The notes beneath the pieces were generated by a model. The model was not told the origin of the DNA, ran no database searches, and saw nothing but the letters and a program-made list of their open reading frames with translations. A stretch of 63,996 nucleotides of DNA, the filler included, from Octopus bimaculoides (lineage: Eukaryota): assembly GCF_001194135.2 (NCBI RefSeq). It is 5 parts of 5 records of this genome, joined end to end, with 100 filler letters (N's around TTAATTAATTAA, not from the genome) between each part and the next. Parts side by side here need not be neighbours in the genome. Positions count along the whole stretch, not along the records: positions 15,871 to 26,128 come from NC_068997.1; positions 26,229 to 50,771 come from NC_068982.1; 3 more parts are not named here. One strand, 5' to 3'. Positions 25,300-38,251 of this stretch are shown piece by piece (position 1 is the stretch's first letter; the number at the start of each line of letters is the position of its first letter). The translations under genes and the position numbers were made by a program.

Positions 25300-25516
25300 C
25301 CCTACCTGCTATGAATTCGCCTTGTTTTGGATGGTCCGTTTCAGTATTAACCATTATTCTTCCATTCTTCTCCTCGATGTTCTCTCTCTTTCGATTCCTC
25401 TCCTTTGTGCTGTTTCCTCTTCCGTTCCATCTTGTCGCCTTTGCGATGCTCTCGCTCTTAGATATTCTCTCTTCACTGCTGCTTGCTCTTCTGTTTCATC
25501 TTGGCGCATTTGTGCT

Positions 25517-25560
<44 letters not shown>

Positions 25561-25830
25561 GATATCTCTCTCTCTTTGGATATCTCTCTCTCTTTGGATC
25601 TCTCTCTCTCTTTGGATATCTCTCTCTTTGGATATCTCTCCTTTGTGCAATTAGGTGCTCTTTTCATTTTGACGTCTTTGAGCTTGTCTTCTTGCGTCTT
25701 GCATTCGTCTCTCTTGTCTCACTTCTTGTGATTGATTTAATAACCAGTTCTTCTTGAGTGACACTGGCTGTTCTCCGCCTTTGCCTCTCTCTGGCTGACC
25801 GTGGCCTTCTGTCTGATTCATTCTCCATAG
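25300..25830 (-). mobile_element. STPR-repeat coding remnant, probably a Helitron N-terminus
   Basis: Consecutive 23-aa repeats ETEEQAAVKREYLRARASQRRQD / GTEEETAQRRGIERERTSRRRME, plus a similar SQEVRQERRMQDARRQAQRRQNE upstream; frameshifted and interrupted by (GA)n-derived expansion. Confidence 0.6.
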
Positions 25831-26253
25831 CATGTGGATGAGTATATTTAATGCAACAGAACACAAGCTTCAAAACAAATGAGTACATTTGTGTGTGTGT
25901 GCGTGTGTGCATGTGTGTGTGTGTGTGTGTGCGTGTGTGTGTGTGTGTGTGTGTGCATGCGCACGCGGGTGTGTGTACGTTAGTTTGTTTATATTTCTAT
26001 ACATAACCATACAAAGTCCAAAATTATACAGGATTGCATTAACGGCATACACACAGAGACTTATTTTCCAGCAACGTCTACACGTTCTTTCTTTCTGTCT
26101 GTCTCTCTCCTTCTCTCTCTCTCTCTCTNNNNNNNNNNNNNNNNNNNNNNNNNNNNNNNNNNNNNNNNNNNNTTAATTAATTAANNNNNNNNNNNNNNNN
26201 NNNNNNNNNNNNNNNNNNNNNNNNNNNNGATAGATAGATAGATAGATAGATAG

Positions 26254-26295
<42 letters not shown>

Positions 26296-26615
26296 GTATG
26301 TATATATGGATGGATGGATGTTTGTAAGTGTGCAGGTATGTATTTCTTTCTGTGTGTGTTTGTGTTTGTCCATTTGGTTTATGTCCTTATAACATAGCGT
26401 TTCGGTTTAAAAGATCGATAGAATATGTTCCAGACTTAAAGCAATAATTACTGAGGCCAATTTGTTCGACTAAAAAACCTTCAAGAATGTGCGTCAGATT
26501 CAATGGCCGCAATTCAATGGCTGAGACAAGTAAAAGATGAAAGATAAAGACACCTTCAACACCTCCTCCATGCTGCATATAGTCTTATATCTATTATAAA
26601 CCCTAACTTTCTTAC

Positions 26616-26762
26616 TTTTCAGAGATTCCAGCTTCCGTTGCAGTCGATGTTCTTCATCCTTGAGTTCTTGTTTTCTTTTTCTAAATTGTTTTATATATTT
26701 GACGAAAATGTCCTTTTCATTATTCAAATTGTTCAATTTATTTTCCAATGCAGTAATAACTT
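26616..26762 (-). CDS. Candidate orphan coiled-coil exon: EVITALENKLNNLNNEKDIFVKYIKQFRKRKQELKDEEHRLQRKLESLK
   Basis: Acceptor tttcttttacgtttttag| (phase 1), stop-free heptad-like frame, donor A|GTAAGA (alternative AAA|GTTAGG at 26608). Parent gene unknown. Confidence 0.5.
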
Positions 26763-27355
26763 CTAAAAACGTAAAAGAAATATTAAATAGTTATTAGTAA
26801 ATAACGGTTTTCTGCTGGAATGGGTACAGAATAGAATGGACTGTTCTAGTAACTACATGATTAGAATATCGGTCCAGGATTCCCAAATGAAGCCAAATTC
26901 CAATATTTGCGACCCCTGGTCCTTTCACTAAGTCATGTGCGCTACATGGGAGTGACCGTGTGGTTAAGAAGCTTGTTTCCTTGGATCTCATTTGTGAAGA
27001 AGCTTTCATATTGTTGGTCAGAAAATTCCTCAATAGCAGATATGACTTCATCCTGTATANNNNNNNNNNNNNNNNNNNNNNNNNNNNNNNNNNNNNNNNN
27101 NNNNNNNNNNNNNNNNNNNNNNNNNNNNNNNNNNNNNNNNNNNNNNNNNNNNNNNNNNNNNNNNNNNNNNNNNNNNNNNNNNNNNNNNNNNNNNNNNNNN
27201 NNNNNNNNNNNNNNNNNNNNNNNNNNNNNNNNNNNNNNNNNNNNNNNNNNNNNNNNNNNNNNNNNNNNNNNNNNNNNNNNNNNNNNNNNNNNNNNNNNNN
27301 NNNNNNNNNNNNNNNNNNNNNNNNNNNNNNNNNNNNNNNNNNNNNNNNNNNNNNN

Positions 27356-27394
<39 letters not shown>

Positions 27395-27400
27395 CATACA

Positions 27401-29328
27401 TAGTATCTCACAGAAGTATGTACACCCCTGAAAAAATTCAATTAAAATTGCCATTACTCTGATAATATCGAAAAAGATAAAACGAAATTTATGAATATAT
27501 TGTAGACAGTTACCTCCCTTGAAACCAGATGGCTCATCCATTGGCCACTCAATGGCGCACGCAGTGGTGTTGCATTGTGGGAGAATTAAATCTATAGCTT
27601 TTGGATGGCGCAACAAAAGCGATTAGACGTATTTTCTTCCTGCTGCGATTCCAAGTGATGTAACGATCAAACATAACCACCTCTTATGTATATGAATACG
27701 AACGCACAGAAACTGTTTTATCTCTCTCAATACAAATACTGTTATTTAAAAATTAAAACGAGTTACGGCCGGATTTGGAAATTCTTATTGTCCCTTTATT
27801 CTTGCACTTGGGGAATGTCTACCTTCTACATTTCAGCTTTCTTTGTTAAGAGCAAAAATTTCTAAAATATCATACATGCAAACATTATACAAATTTGGAA
27901 TACAAAACAATAAACTTTTTCAAAGTATGAACGAAATATTAATTTTCAAACGTTACAAAATTATGTACACCCTAAAGGAAATTTGCTATATTCAAAATTG
28001 TATCCACTTATTTTACTAAATTCAGATATCGCTGATGATTTCAATTCTAATAAACCATTTTTCCTAACATTTTTGCATCGGTCATTGTTATTGCATCTAC
28101 AGGAATTTTGATTTGTGTACCGTGGTTAAAATCTTCTCCATTGTGATTATATTTAATTTGCACAAGAACGGTTTAAGATACAAGTTAATTAGCAAACGAA
28201 TACACATTAAGGTAAAGACAGTTGCCAAAGTACTTCAGAATTACAAAGCTACTGGACGGCTAAGCAATAAACATCGTCCAGGTCATCCTTCTATTTTAAC
28301 TGCGCGTGATATTCGCCACATCCAACGTTGGATGATGGACGACAGCCGTCGTACCGCTTCATCTTTGACCCAAGAAGTGTTTTCTGATAGTGGAAGGAGT
28401 GTATCGGTCCAAACGGTTCACCAAAGTTTGAACCAGTGTAGTCTTCATGGACGCATTCCTCGTAAGAAGCCTCTCCTCACTATCAGGCATAAATCAAGTG
28501 GCCTTTCTTTTGCTGAAACCTATCTGAGTAAAGGGAAAGAGTTTTGGAATAAAATTCTTTTTCCTAACGAGACTAAAATCAACTTGTTTAGGTCAGATGG
28601 TATTAAACAAGTATGGTGACAACTAAGTGAAGATAATAGCTACAAATGCACCATGCCTACCATGAAACAGTGTGGCAGAAGTGTTATGCTTTGGGGATAC
28701 ATGAGTGCAGCTGGTGTGGGAGGACTCAAATTTGTTGAGAGAACAATGAATTCAAGGCTTTATTGTAACATATTGCAGAAAGCAATGTTGAAAAGCATCA
28801 AGGAACTAGGAAGACATTCCATGTTTCAACATGATAATGACCCTAAACACACTTGACTAAGGTTTTATCAGATAAAAAGGTAAAGGTATTGCCTTAGCCT
28901 ACCATGTCACCTGATCTAAACCCAATAGAACATATGTGGGATGTTCAGAAAGGGAAGGTTGAGGAGAAAAAATTCCACAATGTAACACAGTTGAAAGACA
29001 TCATTCAAGATGAATGGATGTCAATTTCATCAGTTATATGTGGAAATTTAGGGTTAGGGTTAGGGTGGTCACATCAAAGGGTGGTCACATCAAATATTGA
29101 ATATAGCAAATAATCCTTTAAGGTGTACATATTTTTAGTTCGTTTGAAAATTAATATTTCGTTCATATCTTTGAAAATTATTATTGTTTTGTATTCCAAA
29201 TTTGTATAATGTTTGCATGTATAATATATTCTATTCAGTATACATTTCGTTTATTTTCCTTCGATATAATCAGTGTAATAGCAATTTAACTGAAAACTTT
29301 TGGGGGTGTACATACTTCTGTGAGATAT
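27401..29328 (+). mobile_element. Tc1-family transposon with IR/DR-type long TIRs and a pseudogenised transposase (about 28113-29060)
   Basis: TATCTCACAGAAGTATGTACACCCC inverted at both ends; inner TIR 27865-27979 mirrors 29107-29230; motifs RKKPLL, FPNETKINLF, SVMLWG, QHDNDPKH, SPDLNPIEH with stops and frameshifts. Confidence 0.95.
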
Positions 29329-29584
29329 GTTTGAATGCGTAAGTACTGGGGCTGATTTGCCCGACTAAAAACCCTTCAAGGCGGTGCCTGTAGCATGGCC
29401 GCAGCCCAATGATTGAAACAAGTAAAAGATACCCCACAGTATTTCCAAACTGCCCACTTTACAACACTCTCCGACCTGCTATGGTTAATCCTATGAAGAA
29501 CATACAGTGTCACAATCTGAACATGTACTCACTCCAATACAGTCTGTTCTTGCATTCCTATCCACTCTGTTTCTGCACGCTTTC

Positions 29585-30008
29585 TCATTTTGGCGGTGGT
29601 CACAGTGGAGACAGACAAGCTGATTCAGGCAGAGCGCAACAGTTAATATTTGTCTTTATTTAATGGTAGTTTGTACTCTAGCGCAGCACTTGTGCTTAAG
29701 GTGAGTTCAGTATTTCAGTTATTTATGTGAATATGTCTTTTTTTACTTCTTTATTGTGTGTGTATATATATGCGTGTTTTGTCTGTCTGAACTGAGTGTT
29801 TTTAGGATGTGCAAACAAGAGATTGATCCTGTATAACATATAACACCTAGTTTTGCTCGTTAAACACTTAGTCGTAGGAATTAAGTGCAGCCAAAAACGA
29901 TCCGATTGCCTGTAGCCTCATAAAGAACGCATTAAACAAATTAGAAAGCAGATTGACGTCTGATATGTCCTGAGAGAGACTCAATGGTGTGGCGGTGCGG
30001 AGGTAAGT
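29585..30008 (+). promoter_or_regulatory. Candidate promoter/first-exon region
   Basis: Unique sequence with ttttggcggtgg and TGACGTC, two near-consensus + donors (AAG|GTGAGT at 29700, GAG|GTAAGT at 30002) and a minus donor GA|GTGAGT at 29533. Confidence 0.35.
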
Positions 30009-30039
30009 AACTACCAGCGGAACTGAAATACAATTAGAG

Positions 30040-30060
30040 AGAAAGAGAGGGGAGAGAGAG

Positions 30061-30102
<42 letters not shown>

Positions 30103-30380
30103 TGAGTACGAGTGGAGTAGACTGGCTGCGAGAAAATTAATAGCTTAAGTGTGAGTTAACGAGCGAAAACGGTAAGAGTAAGGAAGTTGCGTGTTAAACA
30201 TGATGATGATGAAGAAGAAGAAGAAGAAGAAGAAGAAGAAGAAGAAGAAGAAGAAGAAGAAGAAAAAGAAGAGGAAGAGGAGGAGGAGGAGGGAAATTTT
30301 AGTGAAGGAGGAAATATTGCATGATCAGCAAGAAATGGAAGAGTTATAAAAATTACGAGAGAAAAAGCAAGAGACGAAGA

Positions 30381-30433
<53 letters not shown>

Positions 30434-30610
30434 TCTGTAACGGACGAAAGGAAGGCAGACAGAGATGTGTAAGCAAAAATGAATAGTGATGGAAATATTG
30501 ACAGACCAACAAGAAACAGAAGCTAACAGCATCAGAAAGAAAGAGAGAGAGAGAGGGGGGAGATAGGGAGGAAGAAAGCAAAAGAAAAGAGAAGGAAACA
30601 AATAAACAAA
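30040..30610. repeat. Purine-rich (GA)n/(GAA)n tract
   Basis: Direct inspection. Confidence 0.85.
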
Positions 30611-31907
30611 CATAATCCGGCCTGACAGATGAAAATGGAAAAGCATGGGGCGGTGGAGCCGGAGGTGGAATCTGACATTTCATTTTCGCGCAGTCCGAAA
30701 ATGTAGATGACAACTGTCCGAGTCACATGATGCCAGGCTTGACATGATGAAGGCTTGACAATTTGTATTCCATCTGTCATTGGTACCCTGAGTCTCCATG
30801 AGAAAAACATTTAGCTTCTGCTTAATTCTGACCACCTAGATGCAACTGAGTACTATGTGTAGATGCGATTCACCATTTTTTAGGAGTGGGAGCACAGTGT
30901 ACTTAACGGATGTTTCGTTACTTACCTGTGCAGAGTTTAAGTCTTTTGAAGGTTTATCAAGAATACAACAAAACTCACAACAAAAGTCACTGTACAGTTA
31001 ATGATCATCAAAAAACGAGACTCCTCAATCGTCTCATTTCACCTCGGTTAACTTATGTATGTGTGTATTTATGTATGTATGTGTATGTGTATGTTTGTGT
31101 GTATGTGTGAGTGTGATAACTTATATACGTTAATAGATAACACATTAAACTGATGATAACTCATAAAGATAACGTGCTAATACGATAATCGATTAGATTT
31201 ACTGATAACACGTAAAATTATAAGTGATGGCACATTAAACTGATTACTAAACACGATAATCTGATGATAACTGGATAACACGTTAAAACGATAAATGATA
31301 GCACGTTAAACTGATAATTAATATATTAGATTAATAATTGATAACAAGTTAAACTCAACAAAACAGGCTTTCGTCACCAGGGATTAATTACACGACAAAT
31401 CCTTAATACGGCGATTACGAAGAAACAAAAATCAATAAAATCACTGGCATGAAAATATTTATATATCATGAATATATTTTTCAACGATGTTCTCTGATTA
31501 AAACAGGAAATAAAGTTCTGTAAAACAATATAGTGAGGTCTCTATATACGAACATATGTTCCGGAACCCTGTTCGTTAACCAAATTATTCGTTACATGAG
31601 TCACTGAAATACATGTAAGAAAGAGTAATCCGTACCAAGCCACATCCAAGCTCCACATGAAGGTATGAAGTGATGTTTATTTAGTGGCGAATGGTGGTTG
31701 TTGTATTGAGTATGCTACTACACCCAATGCCACCAAATTTCAAACAGGGTTATAAACAAAAGATTTTACATGAGATTTGTGATTAAATTAATGAATAAGG
31801 TTAATACTTATAATGAATTTGCCATTTTCGATGGGTGTGCAGCGCACGCCTAGTGAACCCGGAATATATGCCCTTGGTTTTATTTGTTCATTCATCAATA
31901 GCAGATA

Positions 31908-32490
31908 CATCATCATCGTCGTTTAACGTCCGCTTTCCATGCTAGCATGAGTTGAACGATTTGACTGAGGACTGGTGAAACCAGATGGCTATACCAGGCT
32001 CCAACCTGATTTGACAGAGTTTCTACAGCTGGATGCCCTTCCTATCGCCAACCACTCCGAGAGTGTAGTGGGTGTTTTACGTGCCACCGGCACGAAGGCC
32101 AGTCAGGCGGTACTGGCAACGGCCACGCTCAAACTGGTGTATTTTATGTGCCACCCGCACAAGAGCCAGTCCAGGGGCACTGGCAACGATCTCGCTCGAA
32201 GTCCTTACACATACCACGGGCACAAGTGCCAGAAAGGCGACGCTGGGCACAGGTGCCATCACGATTTCGCTTTCGCTTGCCCCAACAGGTCTTCGCAAGC
32301 TGAATTTCGTGTGCAATGAAGAAGACGACGTTGGCATGGGTGCCAGTCGTCGAATTTAGCTCGATTTCGATTTCACTTGCCTCAACAGGTCTTCGCAAGC
32401 GGAGTTTAGTGTCCAACGAAGGAAAGGTACGCATAAGTGGGTTGACTACACCCCTGGCAGAGGCCTTGGATTTGGGTCTCACTTAGCTTG
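31908..32490 (-). mobile_element. Young CpG-rich family E long copy with internal duplicated module
   Basis: catcatcgtcgtttaacgtccgctttccatgctagc start on +; tttc.cttgcc.caacaggtcttcgcaagc occurs twice (about 32270 and 32370). Confidence 0.8.
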
Positions 32491-32766
32491 ATATAAATGT
32501 ATATATTTGTGTGAGTATGTGTTGTAATTGTAACTTTAATTGTAATTTGGACCTCGAGTACTTGGCTAATAAAACATAAGCCTCTAGATTCCAGCGAAGA
32601 AAAAACAAAACTGTCCGTTACACAACAAAACCGAGTGAGAATGCATACATGTAAGACAGACTCACTTTTCAGGAACGCAACAGATTGAGATTAAACGCCA
32701 CGTTCACTTGCTAACACGATCACGTTCTAAAAAGACTATTTGTCGTCTTCTCCTTAACAGTGTGTG

Positions 32767-32837
<71 letters not shown>

Positions 32838-34105
32838 GCGTGCGTGCGTGCGTGCGTGCGTTTTTCCATTTCTCTTCTTTCTTCCGTTGCACGAAATATA
32901 AATATATGAGAAATATCATTTTCTATATAAAATATGAAAGCTTGAGATGTATACCTGGAGATGTATACATGGACGTTAATAAACCGTTTTTACTCGCTTT
33001 CCCAGCCACTTATATGTGGTATGGGTATTCGGCTTACGATCGTGAAGTCGTGAGTTCAATGCCCGGCGACGCGTTGTGTCCTTGAGCAAGACACTTTATT
33101 TCACGTTGCTCCAGTCCACTCACTTGACAAAAATGAGCAGTACCTGTATTTCAAAGAGCCAGTTTTATCACACTCTTTGTCACGCTGAATCTCCCTGAGA
33201 ACTACGTTAAGGGTACACGTGTCTGTGGAGTACACAGCCACATGCATGTTAACTTCACGAGCAGGCTGTTCCAGTTATATATACTCGTGGTTTAGGTAAA
33301 ACAGTTTGCTATACAAGTTGTTCGTTTAGAAAACTACTCATATGAGTACCCCCACAATATTTGCATATAAAATATAAGACAGATTCAGCATTTTAAACAC
33401 GCTTCGAATAATCGCTGGATAACGTAGAATTTGAACTCAGAACGTACAACGAACAAAATGCCTCCAAACATTTCGTCCGGCGTGCTAACGATTCTGCCAG
33501 CTCACTGACACTTAAAGATATGATATTGGTTTTAAATTTTAGCACAAGGCCAGTAATTTCAAAGGAGAGAGTAAGTCGATTACACCGACCCCAGTACTCA
33601 ACTGGTACTTATTTTATCGACTCCGAGAGGATAAAAGACAAAGTCAACATCGGCAACACTTGAACTCAGAACGTAAAGACGAAAGGAATGCCGTTAAACA
33701 TTTTGTCTGATGCGGTAACGATTCTGCTAGCTCGCCTCCTTACTTACTAACATAGTATTGCCGTTTACCGCCCCATGGTGATGAGGAACAATAATGTACA
33801 TACCAGAAAATTTCAAATATATTTTCAAAAATATATTTTCCTTTTTCTTTTTCATTTTTTTTTCAGATATATATATATTTTCAAGACAGTAGGGTTTGAT
33901 TTGATGGAGATTTAACTGCTATTTCTAACAAAAGGAACAACTACATAAAGGTCTCCTTCGTCGACGTGGTCAATACTAAAGGTCAGGTTGACAACACTGT
34001 TAAATCAGAGGAGGTTGTCAGTCAGTCGCTCAATACGATCGATCCAGCTGCCAAAACACGCGGAAGAAAAAAAAAGCAAAGCAGCCTAAATCACACACAC
34101 ACACA

Positions 34106-34192
<87 letters not shown>

Positions 34193-34650
34193 TATCTCTC
34201 TCTCTCTCTCCCTCTCTCTCTCCTAAATAGAAACTACCTATTTTAAAGATCTAATTCTGACATTCGCTTAAGCTAGGACTGACACGGGTAGAAACAGCTT
34301 TGATCTTCTACTTCAATGCTAAAGTCTGGGTGTGCCCAAACAGAGCTAACCGGAACTAAACAAGAGCAACACATATGAACAGTAAGAATTTACTATAAAG
34401 TATTGAAAAATAAAACCCAAAGAGGATATTGGGGGGTGGATTTTCAATGAAATATTTCTTCAATGAGACTCAGTTGGTAGTGTAGAGTTTCAGTTGGAAC
34501 GAAAAACAGGTGTCTGTCTATCTAATCAAGGATCGGTTATCTCAGAAAGACAAGTGGAGCTGAATGAAGGGGGTAAATAGAAAGGAAAAATGAGCGGAAG
34601 TAAAGAGAAGAAGAGAGAGAAAGAGAGGTAGGAAGGTATAGAGATACGTA

Positions 34651-34682
<32 letters not shown>

Positions 34683-35433
34683 GGTCAATCAAAGAAGTAT
34701 TCATTCACAGACATAGCAAATGAATGTGACATATCAAAAGGATTGCCATGCTTGGTAGAATGCCTTCATTATTGTAACTTCGCTTTTGTTGTTGTTATGT
34801 GTCGTTGCTGTTGTNNNNNNNNNNNNNNNNNNNNNNNNNNNNNNNNNNNNNNNNNNNNNNNNNNNNNNNNNNNNNNNNNNNNNNNNNNNNNNNNNNNNNN
34901 NNNNNNNNNNNNNNNNNNNNNNNNNNNNNNNNNNNNNNNNNNNNNNNNNNNNNNNNNNNNNNNNNNNNNNNNNNNNNNNNNNNNNNNNNNNNNNNNNNNN
35001 NNNNNNNNNNNNNNNNNNNNNNNNNNNNNNNNNNNNNNNNNNNNNNNNNNNNNNNNNNNNNNNNNNNNNNNNNNNNNNNNNNNNNNNNNNNNNNNNNNNN
35101 NNNNNNNNNNNNNNNNNNNNNNNNNNNNNNNNNNNNNNNNNNNNNNNNNNNAATGTTGATGGTGTTAGTGGTTGTTGTTGTTGTTTGGCCCCAGATGAAC
35201 TCTGAATGAACAGACCAATGATCAGCCATCATGACTCTTTTAAGGAGGAGGGGGTTATTTCCCTTTTGTTTTGTTTTATATTTTTGTTTTTTGTTTTTCT
35301 TTTCAGACGGTAGCGTGTGATTCGAGGGTGGTTTGAATACCACTTCTAGCAAGTCGAGTGCTCACATAGGGATTCCATCGTCGGTGATTGTGTTGTTGTT
35401 GTGGATCTTATTAAAGGTGAAATATCCGTTCGA

Positions 35434-35473
<40 letters not shown>

Positions 35474-37348
35474 GGAGACGGTGACTGTCAGTGTTGGTTA
35501 ATGCGTTGTTGCTGTCAGCAAAGTTTTTTATTTTATTTTATTGTAGAAGTGGATGAACCTGAAAGGTCATGGTAATGAATAGGTTAGCATAAACGGGATT
35601 ATTTGGTTATATAGGTGTGTGTGTGAGTATACGTATATATGTATGAGTATGTATGTATGTATGTATGTATGTATGTATGTATGTATGTATATATATATTT
35701 ATATATATATATATATATTTATTTATATATATGTATATATACATGCATATATATATATACACACACAAATATATATGTATGNNNNNNNNNNNNNNNNNNN
35801 NNNNNNNNNNNNNNNNNNNNNNNNNNNNNNNNNNNNNNNNNNNNNNNNNNNNNNNNNNNNNNNNNNNNNNNNNNNNNNNNNNNNNNNNNNNNNNNNNNNN
35901 NNNNNNNNNNNNNNNNNNNNNNNNNNNNNNNNNNNNNNNNNNNNNNNNNNNNNNNNNNNNNNNNNNNNNNNNNNNNNNNNNNNNNNNNNNNNNNNNNNNN
36001 NNNNNNNNNNNNNNNNNNNNNNNNNNNNNNNNNNNNNNNNNNNNNNNNNNNNNNNNNNNNNNNNNNNNNNNNNNNNNNNNNNNNNNNNNNNNNNNNNNNN
36101 NNNNNNNNNNNNNNNNNNNNNNNNNNNNNNNNNNNNNNNNNNNNNNNNNNNNNNNNNNNNNNNNNNNNNNNNNNNNNNNNNNNNNNNNNNNNNNNNNNNN
36201 NNNNNNNNNNNNNNNNNNNNNNNNNNNNNNNNNNNNNNNNNNNNNNNNNNNNNNNNNNNNNNNNNNNNNNNNNNNNNNNNNNNNNNNNNNNNNNNNNNNN
36301 NNNNNNNNNNNNNNNNNNNNNNNNNAAGGTAGTGAAGAAGTGAAAAGAAAAACGTTGAAAAGAGATTATGGTACGTTATACCAAATGACAAAGGGCAACT
36401 GGCGATATCGAACTGGTAGTGGTGGAGACGGTGATGGATGTAAACTTCAGTATCTGGGCCTGCATAGATTAAACGGAAGTGGTCGGATAAATACCTTCAG
36501 TTCTGAGTCATTGAATCATTATTATCTGCTCCCCTTCGATGAGCTCACTCACCAATCACTTATTGACTAAGATCCCTCAACAACTAAATTCCTGTGTTAA
36601 GAATATTTGTATATCTATATATTCCTATAACTTAGCTCTTTCTAAATCTTATTCTTAGTCCCCGATGAGCCATAAGCAAACATAATATATTTAGTCAGAC
36701 TAGCGATTATGGATTAAATATTCTATTTAATCAATAATAGTTATTGTGTATATAATACTAATAATCAGTTGTGAGAACTTAATATACTAAAGTTTTAGAG
36801 TAAAAGTTTCAGGAGAGAACAGATTGAAATGTCAACTAATGAATGACAAAGAACAGGGGTTATGTAATCCACCCTCTATTAGCTTACAGCTTTTTCTGCA
36901 ATATTCTTCCTTTTAGTGGCTGCAAGGAATCGATAGTATGTAGTACAAGAACCCAGTTCTGAGTGCATTACCTCTTACAGCAGAAGCAGTTGTGAATTAA
37001 TGAAGGTGTTCTTTTATCATTGATTAACTGATAATAGTTATGTTGTTAAGTTGGAAAGAAACACTGTCCCCAAACAAAAAATAAGGACGGGCTTTCTCTT
37101 CGCGGCCTCTGACTGGAAAGTACACGTCGATCCGAACAGGTACCTGGAGTTTCCATAGCACATTGTACCATCATTACTCCAGCCAAGCATGATCATTACC
37201 TCTGATACAACAAAAAAAGAAAAGAAACCCTGACCATATTGAAACTCACAGTGACATAAAATGAGAGTATTGAATAAGATATTGAAAGGGAGCACATAAA
37301 GTACCAGCGACTGTTGCGGAGAAGCCAGGACAGAGATTTGGTTATGTA

Positions 37349-38251
37349 TTTGGTTGAGGAATAATTCATGAGCGTTTTCTTCAAATTTACAAATGTACGC
37401 AGAAATAAAACGTATTGGCAAAATATTTTATGCTTTTTGAAAGATAATTTTTTGCTCTACAAAATAGTGTGTTTTGATTTTTTAATTTTATTAATTTTTG
37501 TGTATTTTCAGATCATTAAAATGAAATGTCAAGTGGACAAAACTGAGCATTTTCGACATCATTTGCTTTTGCATTTAATCGAGGTGTTAAGCCCGCCGAA
37601 GCTGCTCGTGAGATTCGTGCTGTGTATAAAGAAGGAGCAATGCCTCAAAGTACCACCCGCCATTGGTTTTCGCGCTTCAAAAATGAGTATTTTGAACTCA
37701 AGGACGGATTACACACCGGTCGACCAATTGAATTCGATGAAGAGCGATTGAATCAACTTCTTCACGAAAATCCACGTCAAACGACCAGAGAATTGGGGGT
37801 GCAGATGGATTGTGATAAAAAAAAACTGTGTTGAACCACCTTCACTCAATGGGCAAGGTTCATCGAACTCAATTGGTCGACCGGTGTGTGATCCGTCCTT
37901 GAGGTCAAAATTCCCATTTTTGAAGTGCGAAAACCAACGGCAAGCGATATTTTGAGGCATTGCTCCTTCTCCACACACAGCACGAATCTCAAGAGCAACT
38001 TTGGCGGGCTTAACACATCGATTAAATACAAAAAGCAAATGACGAAAATGCTCAGTTTTGTCAACTTGACATTCTATTTTAATGATCTGAAACTACACAA
38101 AAATCAATAAAATAAAAAAATCAAAACACACTATCTTGTAGAGCAAAAACTTCTCGTTCAAATAGTATAAAGCATTTTGCCAATGCGTTCTATTTCTGAG
38201 TGCATTTTTAAATTTGAAAAAAAAATACTCACAAATTATTCCTCACCCCAA
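37349..38251. mobile_element. Palindromic (foldback) mariner derivative: two transposase 5' halves head-to-head
   Basis: TA at 37347-48 and 38252-53. Left arm encodes MKCQVDKTEHFRHHL...GRPIEFDEERLNQLLHENPRQTTREL (frameshifted); right arm 37861-38251 is the reverse-complement paralogue. Confidence 0.92.

Noticed and set aside
31975-32482. Overlapping GC-rich ORFs
   Set aside because: They lie wholly in the family E repeat; open by GC content.
37038-37345. Minus-strand acceptor near 37203 and the 127-aa ORF
   Set aside because: The implied upstream intron is only about 48 nt and no coherent peptide results.
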